This document shows, one piece after another, positions 1-9,862 of a stretch of DNA of 64,000 nt. The stretch comes from Desulfuromonadales bacterium (GTDB lineage Bacteria; Desulfobacterota; Desulfuromonadia; Desulfuromonadales; SZUA-540), in the NCBI GenBank assembly GCA_033549025.1, contig JAWSUS010000005.1:95597-159596 (forward strand), given 5' to 3'. Made by a program: the position numbers and the translations under genes. Within the stretch, counting starts at the first letter, position 1. Each line of letters starts with the position of its first letter. The notes beneath the pieces were generated by a model. That model was not told the DNA's origin, made no database searches, and saw only the letters and a program-made list of their open reading frames with translations.

Positions 1-229
1 GGTCGGTGTGCCCGAGGACCAGCTGCGACAGGCGGCGGCCAGTGCCGTGTGCAAGATCAATATCGACTCCGATGGCCGACTGGCGGTCACCGCCAAGGTT
101 CGCGAATATCTGGCCAACCATCCCGAGGAGTTCGACCCGCGCAAGTATCTCGGCGAAGCCCGCAAGGAGCTGATCACCCTCATCAAGCACAAGAACGAGA
201 CGGTGCTGGGCAGCGCCGGCAAGGCCTGA
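1..229 (+). CDS. fba: Class II fructose-1,6-bisphosphate aldolase, C-terminal part (truncated by window start)
   Basis: Motifs CKINIDSDGRLA and FDPRKYLG; frame is open from the window edge. Confidence 0.9.
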   Translation, partial: VGVPEDQLRQAAASAVCKINIDSDGRLAVTAKVREYLANHPEEFDPRKYLGEARKELITLIKHKNETVLGSAGKA

Positions 230-246
230 ACGCCCTGAAAAACACC

Positions 247-288
247 CCAATAGAAAAGGCCGCCTCATCGGGCGGCCTTTTCTATTGG
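247..288. terminator. Bidirectional intrinsic terminator
   Basis: Perfect inverted repeat ccaatagaaaaggccgcc-tcatcg-ggcggccttttctattgg between convergent genes. Confidence 0.85.
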
Positions 289-292
289 CGGG

Positions 293-1534
293 TTATTCGG
301 GACGGTGATGGTTCTGCGGCAGGGCTTTGAACCTCACCTCCAGCGACAGGGTCTGCGTGTCCCGTTCGATGATCAGTGTCGCCAGGTCGCCTTCCTGACG
401 CTGCTTCACTTCGTAGATCAGGTCGAAGGCCTCCTCCATGGGCAGTTCGTTGAACTGGCGGATGATGTCCCCTTCCTGCAGGCCAGCCTCGGCAGCCGCC
501 GAGCCGGGAATCACCCCCTTGATCAAAACCATCCCCTGGGAGTCGTCCAGCATGGCCCCGAGTTTGACTTCCTGGTGTGGCAGATCCTCGTATTCGGTAA
601 AGACCATGAAATCATAGGGCGGCATGGGGAAATCGGGAATCTCCACGTCCATGAGGCGGTCTTTCTTGCTCTCGGGGATGTCGAGCTCCCTTGACCCGAT
701 GAAGGTGTGGGAGGTGGGGAGCCGGCGGAAAACCCGGCGGGGGATGCCGTAGCCGTAGCGCACATGGTTGCCCCCGGCTACGATCATCATGCGCCAGGAA
801 TCGTCGTTCCGGCTGTTCAGGAAGCGTACGATGCTCTCGGCCATGGCCTCATCCCAGAGATTCTGGACGCGCATGAATCCTTCCAGCATGCTGTTGCCCT
901 GGCTGTGTCCACCGTAGATCGCTTCGACCATGGCGCGATGATAGGGGTCGCTCATGTCGATCTGCGGCAGGCGCTGGCTCTGGGACTCGTCGAGCTGCTC
1001 AAAGGGTTTCTGCCCCACGGCGCGCACCAGGTCTTTGTCGGCGTTGAGGCCGACCACGGGGATGCGATGGTCGCGGGCGAAGACCAGCAAGTCCCGATAG
1101 TAGGCGAAATCCATGTTCCAGACGGCGTACCAGCGGGATTGCTTGAGGAATTCTTTTTCGCTGAGTTCGCCGGCCACCCAGCGATCCAGCACCTCCTGCT
1201 GGGCGGGGGTGAACATCTCCATGCCGAGAGCGAGTCGATCGGGATAGAGTGTGGCCATCGCCCGCAGAACGGTCAGCTGCAGGCGATGGGAGGCGGGATT
1301 GTCGTGGGTTTCGCCCACATAGACCAGGCGGGCATCCGTCGCGGTGGCGAGCATCTGCTCTTCATCGACGAAGATCCCCGTCGGCAGGTGGAGGATGTCG
1401 CCGATGGCCGGTTGCCGGTCGGGACGGTAGGGGTTTTGCGGGTCGCCCGAAAGTTTGGAGGAGGAGCAGGCCGTCATGGTCAGGGTTGCTCCGATAGCCA
1501 GTGTGACCAACAGGTTTCGCATGACCGTAAACAT
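293..1534 (-). CDS. ChaN-family (DUF399) lipoprotein with C-terminal PDZ domain
   Basis: Lipobox-like LTMTAC; YVGETHDNPASH, LGMEMF, QNLWDEAMAE, AGGNHV; PDZ-like VIPGSAAAEAGLQEGDII. Confidence 0.8.
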   Translation of the reverse strand: MFTVMRNLLVTLAIGATLTMTACSSSKLSGDPQNPYRPDRQPAIGDILHLPTGIFVDEEQMLATATDARLVYVGETHDNPASHRLQLTVLRAMATLYPDRLALGMEMFTPAQQEVLDRWVAGELSEKEFLKQSRWYAVWNMDFAYYRDLLVFARDHRIPVVGLNADKDLVRAVGQKPFEQLDESQSQRLPQIDMSDPYHRAMVEAIYGGHSQGNSMLEGFMRVQNLWDEAMAESIVRFLNSRNDDSWRMMIVAGGNHVRYGYGIPRRVFRRLPTSHTFIGSRELDIPESKKDRLMDVEIPDFPMPPYDFMVFTEYEDLPHQEVKLGAMLDDSQGMVLIKGVIPGSAAAEAGLQEGDIIRQFNELPMEEAFDLIYEVKQRQEGDLATLIIERDTQTLSLEVRFKALPQNHHRPE

Positions 1535-1565
1535 GACTCTCCTTCTGTCGTGGCCCGGTGGATGC

Positions 1566-2366
1566 TCAATAGATATTCTTGGAATAGAAGATCTCGGTCA
1601 TCTCTTTTTGCAGACTTTCCTTTACCCGACGTTTCTCCTCGGGGGTGAAGTCCTTGGCGGCGCTGGCGAAGAGGTAGTTGTCGAGGTTGAAGTCGCGCAG
1701 CAGCATCTTGGTGTGGAAGAGATTTTCCTGGTGGATATTGATGTCCACACACTGATAGAGATCCAGGGTCGACTTCTTGATGAACTGCTGGATCGACAGG
1801 ATCTTGTGATCGATATAGTGCTTGGTGCCCTTGACGTCGCGGGTGAAGCCGCGCACCTTGTAATCCATGAGAACGATGTCCGACTCGAAGGAGTTGATCA
1901 GGTGGTTGAGGGCTTTGAGCGGGCTGATCTTGCCGCAGGTGGAGACGTCGACGTCGACGCGGAAGGTCGACACGCCGGTGCGGGAGTCGGTCTCCGGGTA
2001 GGTGTGGATGCACAGGTGGCTCTTGTCGAGATGGGCCAGGACCTGGTCGGGTTTGGGGTCCACCGGTTCCTCGGCGATGAGGATGGTGACGCTGGCCCCC
2101 ATGGGATCGTAATCCTGGCTGGAGACGTTGAGGATATTGGCCCCGATGATGTCGGCCACCTCGGTCAGGATCTTCACCAGACGCTCTGAATTGTACTCCT
2201 CATCGATATATTCCAGATACTCCTTGCGGGCCTGGGGCGCGCGGGCGTAGCAGACATCATAGATGTTGAAGGACAGCGTTTTCGTCAGGTTGTTGAAGCC
2301 CCGCAGCTTGATTTTGTGGGGGCGCTTGGGGCGACTGGTCTTTTTTACCACTTTTTTTGCACACAT
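1566..2366 (-). CDS. speD: S-adenosylmethionine decarboxylase proenzyme, E. coli-type (class 1A)
   Basis: [17 protein letters not shown], self-cleavage motif [28 protein letters not shown]; start placed at the ATG after GGGAGGG. Confidence 0.9.
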   Translation of the reverse strand: MCAKKVVKKTSRPKRPHKIKLRGFNNLTKTLSFNIYDVCYARAPQARKEYLEYIDEEYNSERLVKILTEVADIIGANILNVSSQDYDPMGASVTILIAEEPVDPKPDQVLAHLDKSHLCIHTYPETDSRTGVSTFRVDVDVSTCGKISPLKALNHLINSFESDIVLMDYKVRGFTRDVKGTKHYIDHKILSIQQFIKKSTLDLYQCVDINIHQENLFHTKMLLRDFNLDNYLFASAAKDFTPEEKRRVKESLQKEMTEIFYSKNIY

Positions 2367-2497
2367 AGTTCCATATCCCTCCCGGGTGGTGAGATATTTG
2401 GCCAAGCCAAATTCGTTAATCTAAACATGAACGAGGGCCGGATTTCAACCATAAATATTGGCCTGGTACGGGGTGCCGGAGCGGCCGGCCGGAAAAA

Positions 2498-2535
2498 GAA
2501 AAATGCCCCCGCCAGCAGGCGTTGGGGCATTTTTC
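2498..2535 (-). terminator. Intrinsic terminator after thiC
   Basis: gaaaaatgcccc...ggggcatttttc stem with U-tract on the minus strand. Confidence 0.7.
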
Positions 2536-2562
2536 AAGCCGGGTTTGCGCAGCGAAGCTGCC

Positions 2563-3864
2563 TCAGCCGGCGGTGCTCTGCTTTTTGCGTTCGTTCATGA
2601 CCTTGTAGGCGCAAAACTCCCCGCACATGGTGCAGGCGCCGTGTTCCTCGTCGACACCTGATTCGGCTCGCAGGCGGCGGGCTTTTTCGGGGTCGAGGGC
2701 CAGTTCGAACTGTTTTTCCCAATCCAGCTCCTTGCGGGCGCGGGCCATGGCGTTGTCTTTGTCGATGGCGCCTTTGACGCCCTTGACGATGTCGGCGGCG
2801 TGGGCGGCAATGCGGCTGGCCATGACGCCTTCATGCACATCCTCGACAGTGGGCAGACGCAGGTGCTCGCTGGGGGTGACGTAGCAGAGGAAGTCGGCGC
2901 CGGCGGAGGCAGCCAGGGTGCCGCCGATGGCGCAGGTGATGTGGTCGTAGCCGGGGGCGATGTCGGTGACCAGGGGGCCCAGCACATAGAAGGGGGCGCC
3001 GTGGCAGAGCCGCTTCTGCAGCTGGATGTTGGCTTCGATCTGGTTGAGGGGCACGTGCCCCGGCCCCTCGATCATCACCTGGACGCCGGCGTCCCAGGCG
3101 CGCTGGGTCAGTTCGCCCAAAACGATGAGCTCATGAATCTGGGCGCGGTCGGTGGCGTCGGCCAGGCAGCCGGGGCGGAAGCCGTCGCCGAGGGAGAGGG
3201 TAGCATCGTAGGGCTTGACCAGTTCGAGCAGACGGTCGAAGTGTTCGTAGAGGGGGTTTTCGGCCTGATTGCGGGTCATCCACTCGATGGTGAAGGAGCC
3301 GCCGCGGGAAACAACCTCCATGATGCGCCCCTCACGGTCCATGCGCTCGACGGTGGCGCGGGTGACGCCGCAGTGCACGGTGATGAAATCGACGCCGTCG
3401 TCGAGGTGTTTTTTGATGCCGTCGAAGATCTCGTCGACCGTCATGTCGACCATGGCCTTCTTTTTACGGACGACGGTATCGACGGCGGCCTGATAGAGGG
3501 GGACCGAACCGATGCAGGCGCTGGTTTCGCGGATGATGGCGGCACGGATCTCATCGATGGGGCCGCCGGTGGAGAGATCCATGATGGCGTCAGCGCCGGC
3601 GGCGACGGCGACCCGGGCCTTTTCCAGTTCCTTGTCGATGCTGGTGTCGTCCTTGCTGGTGCCGATGTTGGCGTTGACCTTGGTGCGCAGGCCCTTGCCC
3701 ACGGCCAGGGGGATGCCGTTGGTGTGCAGATTGTTGTGGCAGATGATGGCGGTGCCTTCGGCAATGCGCTGGCGCAGAATTTCTGGGTCGATGCCTTCAG
3801 CGGCCGCGGCCTGTTGCATCTTGTCGGAGATCAGGCCCTGGCGGGCGATTTCAAGCTGGGTCAT
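2563..3864 (-). CDS. thiC: Phosphomethylpyrimidine synthase
   Basis: KVNANIGTS, DLSTGG, VSRGGS, EGPGHVP, C-terminal CTMCGEFC Fe-S motif; follows thiED under a TPP riboswitch. Confidence 0.92.
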   Translation of the reverse strand: MTQLEIARQGLISDKMQQAAAAEGIDPEILRQRIAEGTAIICHNNLHTNGIPLAVGKGLRTKVNANIGTSKDDTSIDKELEKARVAVAAGADAIMDLSTGGPIDEIRAAIIRETSACIGSVPLYQAAVDTVVRKKKAMVDMTVDEIFDGIKKHLDDGVDFITVHCGVTRATVERMDREGRIMEVVSRGGSFTIEWMTRNQAENPLYEHFDRLLELVKPYDATLSLGDGFRPGCLADATDRAQIHELIVLGELTQRAWDAGVQVMIEGPGHVPLNQIEANIQLQKRLCHGAPFYVLGPLVTDIAPGYDHITCAIGGTLAASAGADFLCYVTPSEHLRLPTVEDVHEGVMASRIAAHAADIVKGVKGAIDKDNAMARARKELDWEKQFELALDPEKARRLRAESGVDEEHGACTMCGEFCAYKVMNERKKQSTAG

Positions 3865-3930
3865 GTTTTTTCCTCGCATTTACGGTCCGCTCAGGCAGGC
3901 CGTCAGTTGTGTAAAAGTGCCGAACCGGGT

Positions 3931-5349
3931 TCACTCGGGCTGGCGGAAAAGCCGGGCGGCCCGATAGTGGTTGACGGGGCCGTGTCCCGTGCCCAAATCA
4001 AAGGAGCTGCGGATGGCTTCGGTGATGAAGGTTTTGGCTTGCTCGACGGCCTGGGTCAGTGGCACCCCCTGGGCGAGGAAGGTGGCAATGGCGGCCGAGT
4101 AGGTGCAGCCGGTACCGTGGGTGTTGGGGGTGTCCAGGCGGGGAGCAGCCAGGCGGTGCAGTTGGTCGTCGGCCAGCAGCAGGTCGACGGCGGCTCCTTC
4201 AAGGTGGCCCCCTTTAATCAGGACATGGCGGGCGCCCATCTGCTGCAACCGGCGGGCGGCGCGCTCCATGTCCTTTTCGTTGCGCACGGCAAAACCGGTC
4301 AGGGCTTCCGTTTCGGGCAGGTTGGGGGTCAGCAGGTAGGCGACCGGCAGCAGGTGCTGGACAAAAGCCGCGATGGCCTCCTGCTGCAGCAGGGGAGCGC
4401 CCCCCTTGGCAATCATGACCGGATCGACCACGGCAAGCAGGGCGTGCTCCCGGATGGCGCGGGCCACCTGCTCGACGATTTCGGCCGAAAAGAGCATGCC
4501 TATTTTGACCGTATCGGTACCCAGATCTGCCAGCACGGCGTCGATCTGGGCGGTGACGAAATCCACGGGGGCGGGGTGCACCCCTTTGACCCCGAGGGTG
4601 TTCTGGGCGGTGAGGGCGGTGAGGGCGCTCATGCCGAAGCTGCCCAGCACGGTGATGGTTTTAAGGTCGGCCTGAATGCCCGCTCCTCCCCCTGAATCCG
4701 AACCGGCGATGGTGAGAACCTTGCCGCGGGGAAAGGGATTGTGACGGTTAAAAAGCAGGGCCATTTCGCCGGCAGCCAGCGCCGGCGCCGGGTCGCCCAT
4801 GACCGCCGAGATGACGCAGAGGGCATCGGCGCCGGCCTCGAGGACGTCGCTGCCGTTGTCGCGGTTGATGCCGCCGATGGCCACTACCGGTATCTGCACG
4901 GCCTTGCGCACTTTTTTGAGTATGTCAAGCCCCACCACCTGGATATCGTCCTTGCTGGTGGTTGGATAGATGCTGCCGACGGCGACGTAATCTGCCCCCT
5001 GCCTCTGGGCCTTGAGGGCTTCTTCGGCATTGCGGGTGGAGACGCCGATGATCTTGTTCGGCCCCAGAATGCGACGGGCCTCGCCGACGGCGCCATCCTG
5101 CTGGCCGATATGAACGCCGTCGGCGCCGCTGGCCTGGGCGATGACCGGATCGTCGTTGACGATAAAGGTGGCTCCCCGCTGCCGGCAGAGCTGTTTGAGC
5201 TGGCTGGCGATTGCCAGTTGCTCCTGATCGGGCCGCACCTTGTCCCGGTACTGGACAACGCGAACCCCACCCTGCAGGGCTGCGGCCACCTTCTCCAGCA
5301 TGATCTCTACCGGTTCCTGGGCGGTGATCAGGTAAAGTCCGTCAATCAT
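3931..5349 (-). CDS. thiDE: Fused thiamine-phosphate synthase / HMP(-P) kinase
   Basis: ThiE part VQYRDK, ADGVHIGQQD, VAIGGI; ThiD part TIAGSDSGGGAGIQADLKT, NTHGTGCT. Confidence 0.93.
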   Translation of the reverse strand: MIDGLYLITAQEPVEIMLEKVAAALQGGVRVVQYRDKVRPDQEQLAIASQLKQLCRQRGATFIVNDDPVIAQASGADGVHIGQQDGAVGEARRILGPNKIIGVSTRNAEEALKAQRQGADYVAVGSIYPTTSKDDIQVVGLDILKKVRKAVQIPVVAIGGINRDNGSDVLEAGADALCVISAVMGDPAPALAAGEMALLFNRHNPFPRGKVLTIAGSDSGGGAGIQADLKTITVLGSFGMSALTALTAQNTLGVKGVHPAPVDFVTAQIDAVLADLGTDTVKIGMLFSAEIVEQVARAIREHALLAVVDPVMIAKGGAPLLQQEAIAAFVQHLLPVAYLLTPNLPETEALTGFAVRNEKDMERAARRLQQMGARHVLIKGGHLEGAAVDLLLADDQLHRLAAPRLDTPNTHGTGCTYSAAIATFLAQGVPLTQAVEQAKTFITEAIRSSFDLGTGHGPVNHYRAARLFRQPE

Positions 5350-5371
5350 AATGAGCTCTCATTTGCAAAAT

Positions 5372-5405
5372 AAAAAATCGTCATGCCTTCGCAGGGCATG
5401 ACGAT
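5372..5405 (-). terminator. Riboswitch-linked attenuator hairpin
   Basis: Minus strand atcgtcatgcc-ctgcgaa-ggcatgacgat followed by a U-tract, between the aptamer and the thiDE start. Confidence 0.8.
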
Positions 5406-5428
5406 CGGAAAACAACCGGTTCCTCTCG

Positions 5429-5514
5429 CCGCTTCCCTACGCCGGTACGAACCGGATCAGGTTCAAAGGGTCATCCCTGGTTGCGGGATTCTCAGTGTGC
5501 CACTCCCCTAGCGG
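5429..5514 (-). ncRNA. TPP riboswitch aptamer (THI box)
   Basis: Minus strand CCGCTAGGGGAG...CTGAGA...ACCCTTTGAACCTGATCCGGTTCGTACCGGCGTAGGGAAGCGG matches the TPP consensus. Confidence 0.95.
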
Positions 5515-5732
5515 TCTGCACTTTTCCAGCGGCCCAGCCCGTGCCGGCGCCTGCCGCCCTTCATCTCCGGACGAGCCGTGAGAAGAAGAAAAAAGCCTAA
5601 TGGATTAGGGTTTTGCTGTCAACCAGAATAATGCGGGAATCACCATTCCGCCGGCGGCAGAAGGAGAGTTTCTCCTTTACAGTCTCGGACCATCGTGCTA
5701 AGAAATTTTTTTCTTCCAGAGGCCTTTCCGTT

Positions 5733-6866
5733 ATGTCTCCTGATTCTACGGTTCCAACGTTTATCGAGATAAATCTTGCCGCCCTGCGTCACAACTTCCG
5801 CCAGGCGCGAAGGCAGGCGGGAGCAGAGCGCAAGCTGCTGGCGATCGTCAAGGCAGACGCCTATGGTCACGGGATTGGGCCGGTGGCGGTCTGTCTGCAG
5901 GACGAGGGCGCCGATCTGTTTGGTGTGGCCTCCGTGCAGGAGGGGCAGCAGTTGCGTGAGGCGGGGATCGACCGCCCTGTTGTCATCCTGGGAGGGTTTT
6001 TCCCGGGCCAGGAAGTGGCTCTCCTCCGCCACCGCTTAATCCCCATCCTGTTTGATGTCGAGACCGCGAGGCGTCTGAACCAAGTCGCTCTGGCTAACGG
6101 TCAAGTCTGTCCCTTCCACCTCAAGCTCGATACGGGTATGGGGCGGGTCGGTTTTCGGCCCGAGGAGCTTGGGGCGGTGCTGGAGGAGATAGCCGCCTGG
6201 AAAGGGCTGCGGCTCGAAGGGGTTCTGTCCCATCTGGCGCTGGCCGATGCGCCGCAGGATCCCCTGACGTCCCGTCAGTATGAAACGTTCTGCGGCATGC
6301 TGCAGCAGATTCGTGACGCCGGCTATCAGCCTCCGTGGATTCATCTGAGCAACAGTGCCGCGCTCTTCGCCCATCATCTGCCCGAATGCAATCTGGTGCG
6401 TCCCGGCATCGTCCTCTATGGAGCGCTGCCGTCCGATGCCTTTGCCGGCCGTCTCGATCTGCGGCCGGTCATGAGCTGGCGCACTCATATCTATCAGCTC
6501 AAGCAGGTTCCTGCCGGTACCGGGGTGTCCTACGGCCATCGCTTCAAGGCCGAGCGGCCCTCCGTGCTGGCCGCCATTCCGGTGGGCTACAGCGACGGCT
6601 ATAACCGGCACCTGTCCGGTTGCGGCGAGGTGCTGGTGCGGGGTCAGCGGGCGCCGGTGGCCGGTACCGTGTGCATGAACTGGACAATGATCGATGTCAG
6701 CGATATCCCCGGAGTTCGGGTGGGGGACAGGGTGACGCTGCTGGGCAGGGATGGGGAGGACTGCATTGGTGCCGAGGAACTGGCGGAAAAGACAGGAACC
6801 ATCTCCTATGAAATTTTCTGCCAGGTCAGTAAGCAGATCCCCCGTCTTTACCGTGATGACGGCTGA
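5733..6866 (+). CDS. alr: Alanine racemase
   Basis: PLP motif AIVKADAYGHG, HLKLDTGMGRVG, VSYG, PVGYSDGY. Confidence 0.95.
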   Translation: MSPDSTVPTFIEINLAALRHNFRQARRQAGAERKLLAIVKADAYGHGIGPVAVCLQDEGADLFGVASVQEGQQLREAGIDRPVVILGGFFPGQEVALLRHRLIPILFDVETARRLNQVALANGQVCPFHLKLDTGMGRVGFRPEELGAVLEEIAAWKGLRLEGVLSHLALADAPQDPLTSRQYETFCGMLQQIRDAGYQPPWIHLSNSAALFAHHLPECNLVRPGIVLYGALPSDAFAGRLDLRPVMSWRTHIYQLKQVPAGTGVSYGHRFKAERPSVLAAIPVGYSDGYNRHLSGCGEVLVRGQRAPVAGTVCMNWTMIDVSDIPGVRVGDRVTLLGRDGEDCIGAEELAEKTGTISYEIFCQVSKQIPRLYRDDG

Positions 6867-6913
6867 ATGGACCCCAGCCTGAAGGCAGCAGGCGGGCGCA
6901 AAGGAATCCCTCG

Positions 6914-8146
6914 ATGACCGGTGAACCTTGCTTTTTGGCTTTTGATCTGGGAACGACCACGCTGGCGGCTCGGCTGCTCGGTCTGAAAGGTGAGGTGCTG
7001 GCCGAAGGGCGGCTGTCCAACCCCCAGCATGTCCTTGGCAGTGATGTGGTGCGTCGCCTCGAAGCCGCTCAGCGGGGCGAGGGGGAAAGGCTGCAGGCCC
7101 TCTTGGTCGAGGGGATGGACGCCCTGCTCGCCGAGCTGTTGCGCCAGGCGGGCCTTTCGCGGCAACAGGTGCAAGCGGCCGCGGCCGCCGCCAACCCGGC
7201 GGTTTCTCATCTGCTCTGCCGGTGCCCTGTCGACAGCCTTCTCTATCCGCCCCACAAGCCCGCCTTCCGGCAGGGGCTCAGTCTGGAACCTCTTTCCCTT
7301 GGCCTGAACCTGCCCTGTTCTCTCTATCTCTTTCCGCTGGTCAGCGGCTACGTGGGGGGCGACCTCGTCGCTTTTCTCCATGCCCATCCCCCCCAGTCAG
7401 CCCGGACTCTCTATCTGGATGTGGGCACCAACGGCGAGATGGCGCTTTATCATGAGGGGCGTTGGCTGGTGACTTCGGTAGCGGCGGGGCCCGCTTTTGA
7501 AGCGGCCGGGATCTCCTGCGGGATGCCGCTGGGGGAGGGCGCCGTCGAAGGGATCGGCCTGGAAGCCGACCGCTGGGCACTCAAGGTCGTCGGCGGCGGG
7601 CCCGCCCGCGGCCTCTGCGGCAGCGGCCTGGCCCAGGTCGTCGCCCTGGCCCGGCGGGAGGGGCTGATCGACTCGCGGGGAACTATCGTGGACGCCGCCA
7701 GTATTGAAACCAACCTCTCCCGCTATATCGTCGAGGAAGCGGACGAGCGCTCGTTGCGCCTGTTTCGCGATGCCGCGATCGATCTGCGCCTGACCCAGCA
7801 GGATATTCGCAGCTTTCAGCTGGCCAAGGGGGCGATCCGGGCCGGCGTCGGCTGCCTGCTGAAGCGAGCGGGGCTGGAAGGCGCTAAGGATATTCAGGTG
7901 ATGTTGACCGGGGCCCTTGGTTTGTCCTTGCCGTCTGAAGTCCTGAAAAGGGTTGCCATGCTGCCGGAAAACATGCTAGAAAATGTTCATTTTGTCGCCG
8001 GTGGCGCCCTGCAGGGTGTCGGCCGGATGCTGCTCCAAAAGGACGGCGTTGCCGAGGTGGAAGGATTGGCGCGATCCCTGAAGCCCTATCCCCTTTCCGG
8101 TACGCCGGTCTTTGAAGATGCCTTCATCAAGTCGCTCGATTTCTGA
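6914..8146 (+). CDS. ASKHA-type ATPase, DUF4445/RACo-like, without N-terminal ferredoxin domain
   Basis: AFDLGTTT, GYVGGD, LDVGTNGE, AAGPAFE, GLCGSG, QLAKGAI. Confidence 0.8.
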   Translation: MTGEPCFLAFDLGTTTLAARLLGLKGEVLAEGRLSNPQHVLGSDVVRRLEAAQRGEGERLQALLVEGMDALLAELLRQAGLSRQQVQAAAAAANPAVSHLLCRCPVDSLLYPPHKPAFRQGLSLEPLSLGLNLPCSLYLFPLVSGYVGGDLVAFLHAHPPQSARTLYLDVGTNGEMALYHEGRWLVTSVAAGPAFEAAGISCGMPLGEGAVEGIGLEADRWALKVVGGGPARGLCGSGLAQVVALARREGLIDSRGTIVDAASIETNLSRYIVEEADERSLRLFRDAAIDLRLTQQDIRSFQLAKGAIRAGVGCLLKRAGLEGAKDIQVMLTGALGLSLPSEVLKRVAMLPENMLENVHFVAGGALQGVGRMLLQKDGVAEVEGLARSLKPYPLSGTPVFEDAFIKSLDF

Positions 8147-8238
8147 AAAACCGCCAGTTGACGGTTTTTTTGTTTTTTAGCCAGCCGTAGATTCAGTAAA
8201 CCGCATACAAAGAAGAGTCAACAGAAAGGATAGGTGTC

Positions 8239-9804
8239 ATGGCCGCCATCAAACGTGCCCTCATCAGTGTTTCGGACAAAACCGGCATCGTCGAATTTGC
8301 CAGGGAGCTCAACGCTTTCGGCGTGGAGATCCTTTCCACGGGAGGGACGGCGTCGCTGCTTCGCCAGGAGGGGCTGCCCGTGCAGGATGTTTCCGACTTT
8401 ACGGGTTTTCCCGAAATGCTCGACGGCCGGGTGAAGACACTGCACCCCAAGGTTCACGGCGGTCTGTTGGGAATGCGCGACAACCCCGAGCATGTGGCCA
8501 AAATGGCTGAGCACGACATCCTGCCCATCGACATGGTGCTGGTCAACCTCTATCCCTTCGAAGCAACCGTGGCCAAGGCCGACTGCACGCTGGAAGACGC
8601 CATCGAGAATATCGATATCGGTGGTCCCACCATGCTGCGCAGCGCCGCCAAAAACAATCGCGACGTGACGGTCATCGTCGATCACGCCGACTATGCCGCC
8701 GTCCTCGACGAGATGAAAAAGAGTGGCGGCAGCGTCTCCCGTGAGACCAACTTCCGTCTGGCCGTCAAAGTCTATCAGCATACGGCGGCCTATGATGGCG
8801 CCATCTCCAACTGGCTGGGCCGCCGTCTTGACGCCGACAACGCCGTATTTCCGCCGACCTTGACCCTGCAGTACAAGAAGGCCCAGGGTATGCGTTACGG
8901 GGAGAACCCCCACCAGAAAGCGGCCTTCTATGTCGAGAAGGATGTGCGCGAGTCCTCCATCGCCACGGCCCGTCAGCTTCAGGGCAAGGAGTTGTCCTAC
9001 AACAACATCGGCGACACCGACGCCGCCCTCGAGTGTGTCAAGCAGTTCAGCGAAGGGCCCGCCTGTGTCATTGTCAAGCACGCCAATCCCTGCGGGGTCG
9101 CCATCGGCAAGGACTTGCTCGAGGCCTATAACCGTGCCTTCAGCACTGACCCGGAATCCGCCTTTGGCGGCATCATTGCCTTCAACGGTGAGCTTGACGT
9201 CGAAACGGCCAAGGCCATCGTCGAGAGACAGTTCGTTGAAGTCATCATTGCGCCTCGGGTGGCGCCTGAAGCGGTGGAAGTGGTCGCGGCCAAAAAGAAC
9301 GTGCGTCTCCTCGAATGCGGCCAGTGGCCGGCCGTTCCCGGTCAGCGCCTGGACTTCAAACGGGTCAATGGCGGTCTGCTGGTGCAGGATACGGACCTCG
9401 ACCTCACGGCCGAGCTGCAGGTCGTCACCAAGAGGCAGCCGACCGCCGAGGAGATGCAGGATCTGCTCTTCACCTGGCGCGTGGCCAAGTTCGTCAAGTC
9501 CAATGCCATCGTCTACGGCAAGGCGAATATGACCATCGGCGTGGGGGCCGGCCAGATGAGCCGCGTCAATTCCGCCCGGATTGCCGCCATCAAGGCCGAG
9601 CATGCCGGCCTCGAAGTCACGGGGGCGGTCATGGCCTCCGATGCCTTCTTCCCCTTCCGGGACGGCATCGACAACGCCGCGGCCGCCGGCATCGCTGCCG
9701 TCATCCAGCCGGGCGGCTCTATCCGCGACGAGGAAGTCATCGCCGCCGCCGATGAGCACGGCATGGCCATGGTCTTTACCGGCATGCGCCATTTCAGACA
9801 TTAA
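8239..9804 (+). CDS. purH: Bifunctional AICAR transformylase/IMP cyclohydrolase
   Basis: [43 protein letters not shown]. Confidence 0.97.
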   Translation: MAAIKRALISVSDKTGIVEFARELNAFGVEILSTGGTASLLRQEGLPVQDVSDFTGFPEMLDGRVKTLHPKVHGGLLGMRDNPEHVAKMAEHDILPIDMVLVNLYPFEATVAKADCTLEDAIENIDIGGPTMLRSAAKNNRDVTVIVDHADYAAVLDEMKKSGGSVSRETNFRLAVKVYQHTAAYDGAISNWLGRRLDADNAVFPPTLTLQYKKAQGMRYGENPHQKAAFYVEKDVRESSIATARQLQGKELSYNNIGDTDAALECVKQFSEGPACVIVKHANPCGVAIGKDLLEAYNRAFSTDPESAFGGIIAFNGELDVETAKAIVERQFVEVIIAPRVAPEAVEVVAAKKNVRLLECGQWPAVPGQRLDFKRVNGGLLVQDTDLDLTAELQVVTKRQPTAEEMQDLLFTWRVAKFVKSNAIVYGKANMTIGVGAGQMSRVNSARIAAIKAEHAGLEVTGAVMASDAFFPFRDGIDNAAAAGIAAVIQPGGSIRDEEVIAAADEHGMAMVFTGMRHFRH

Positions 9805-9862
9805 AAAACGGGCGTGACGGCTTAGAGCTTCTCGTATTCGTCATGGCTCTTTGGAGGTTTCT

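Noticed and set aside
2563..3864. ThiC homolog as the benzimidazole synthase BzaF/BzaAB
   Set aside because: It is in an operon with thiDE under a TPP riboswitch, not a cobalamin riboswitch.
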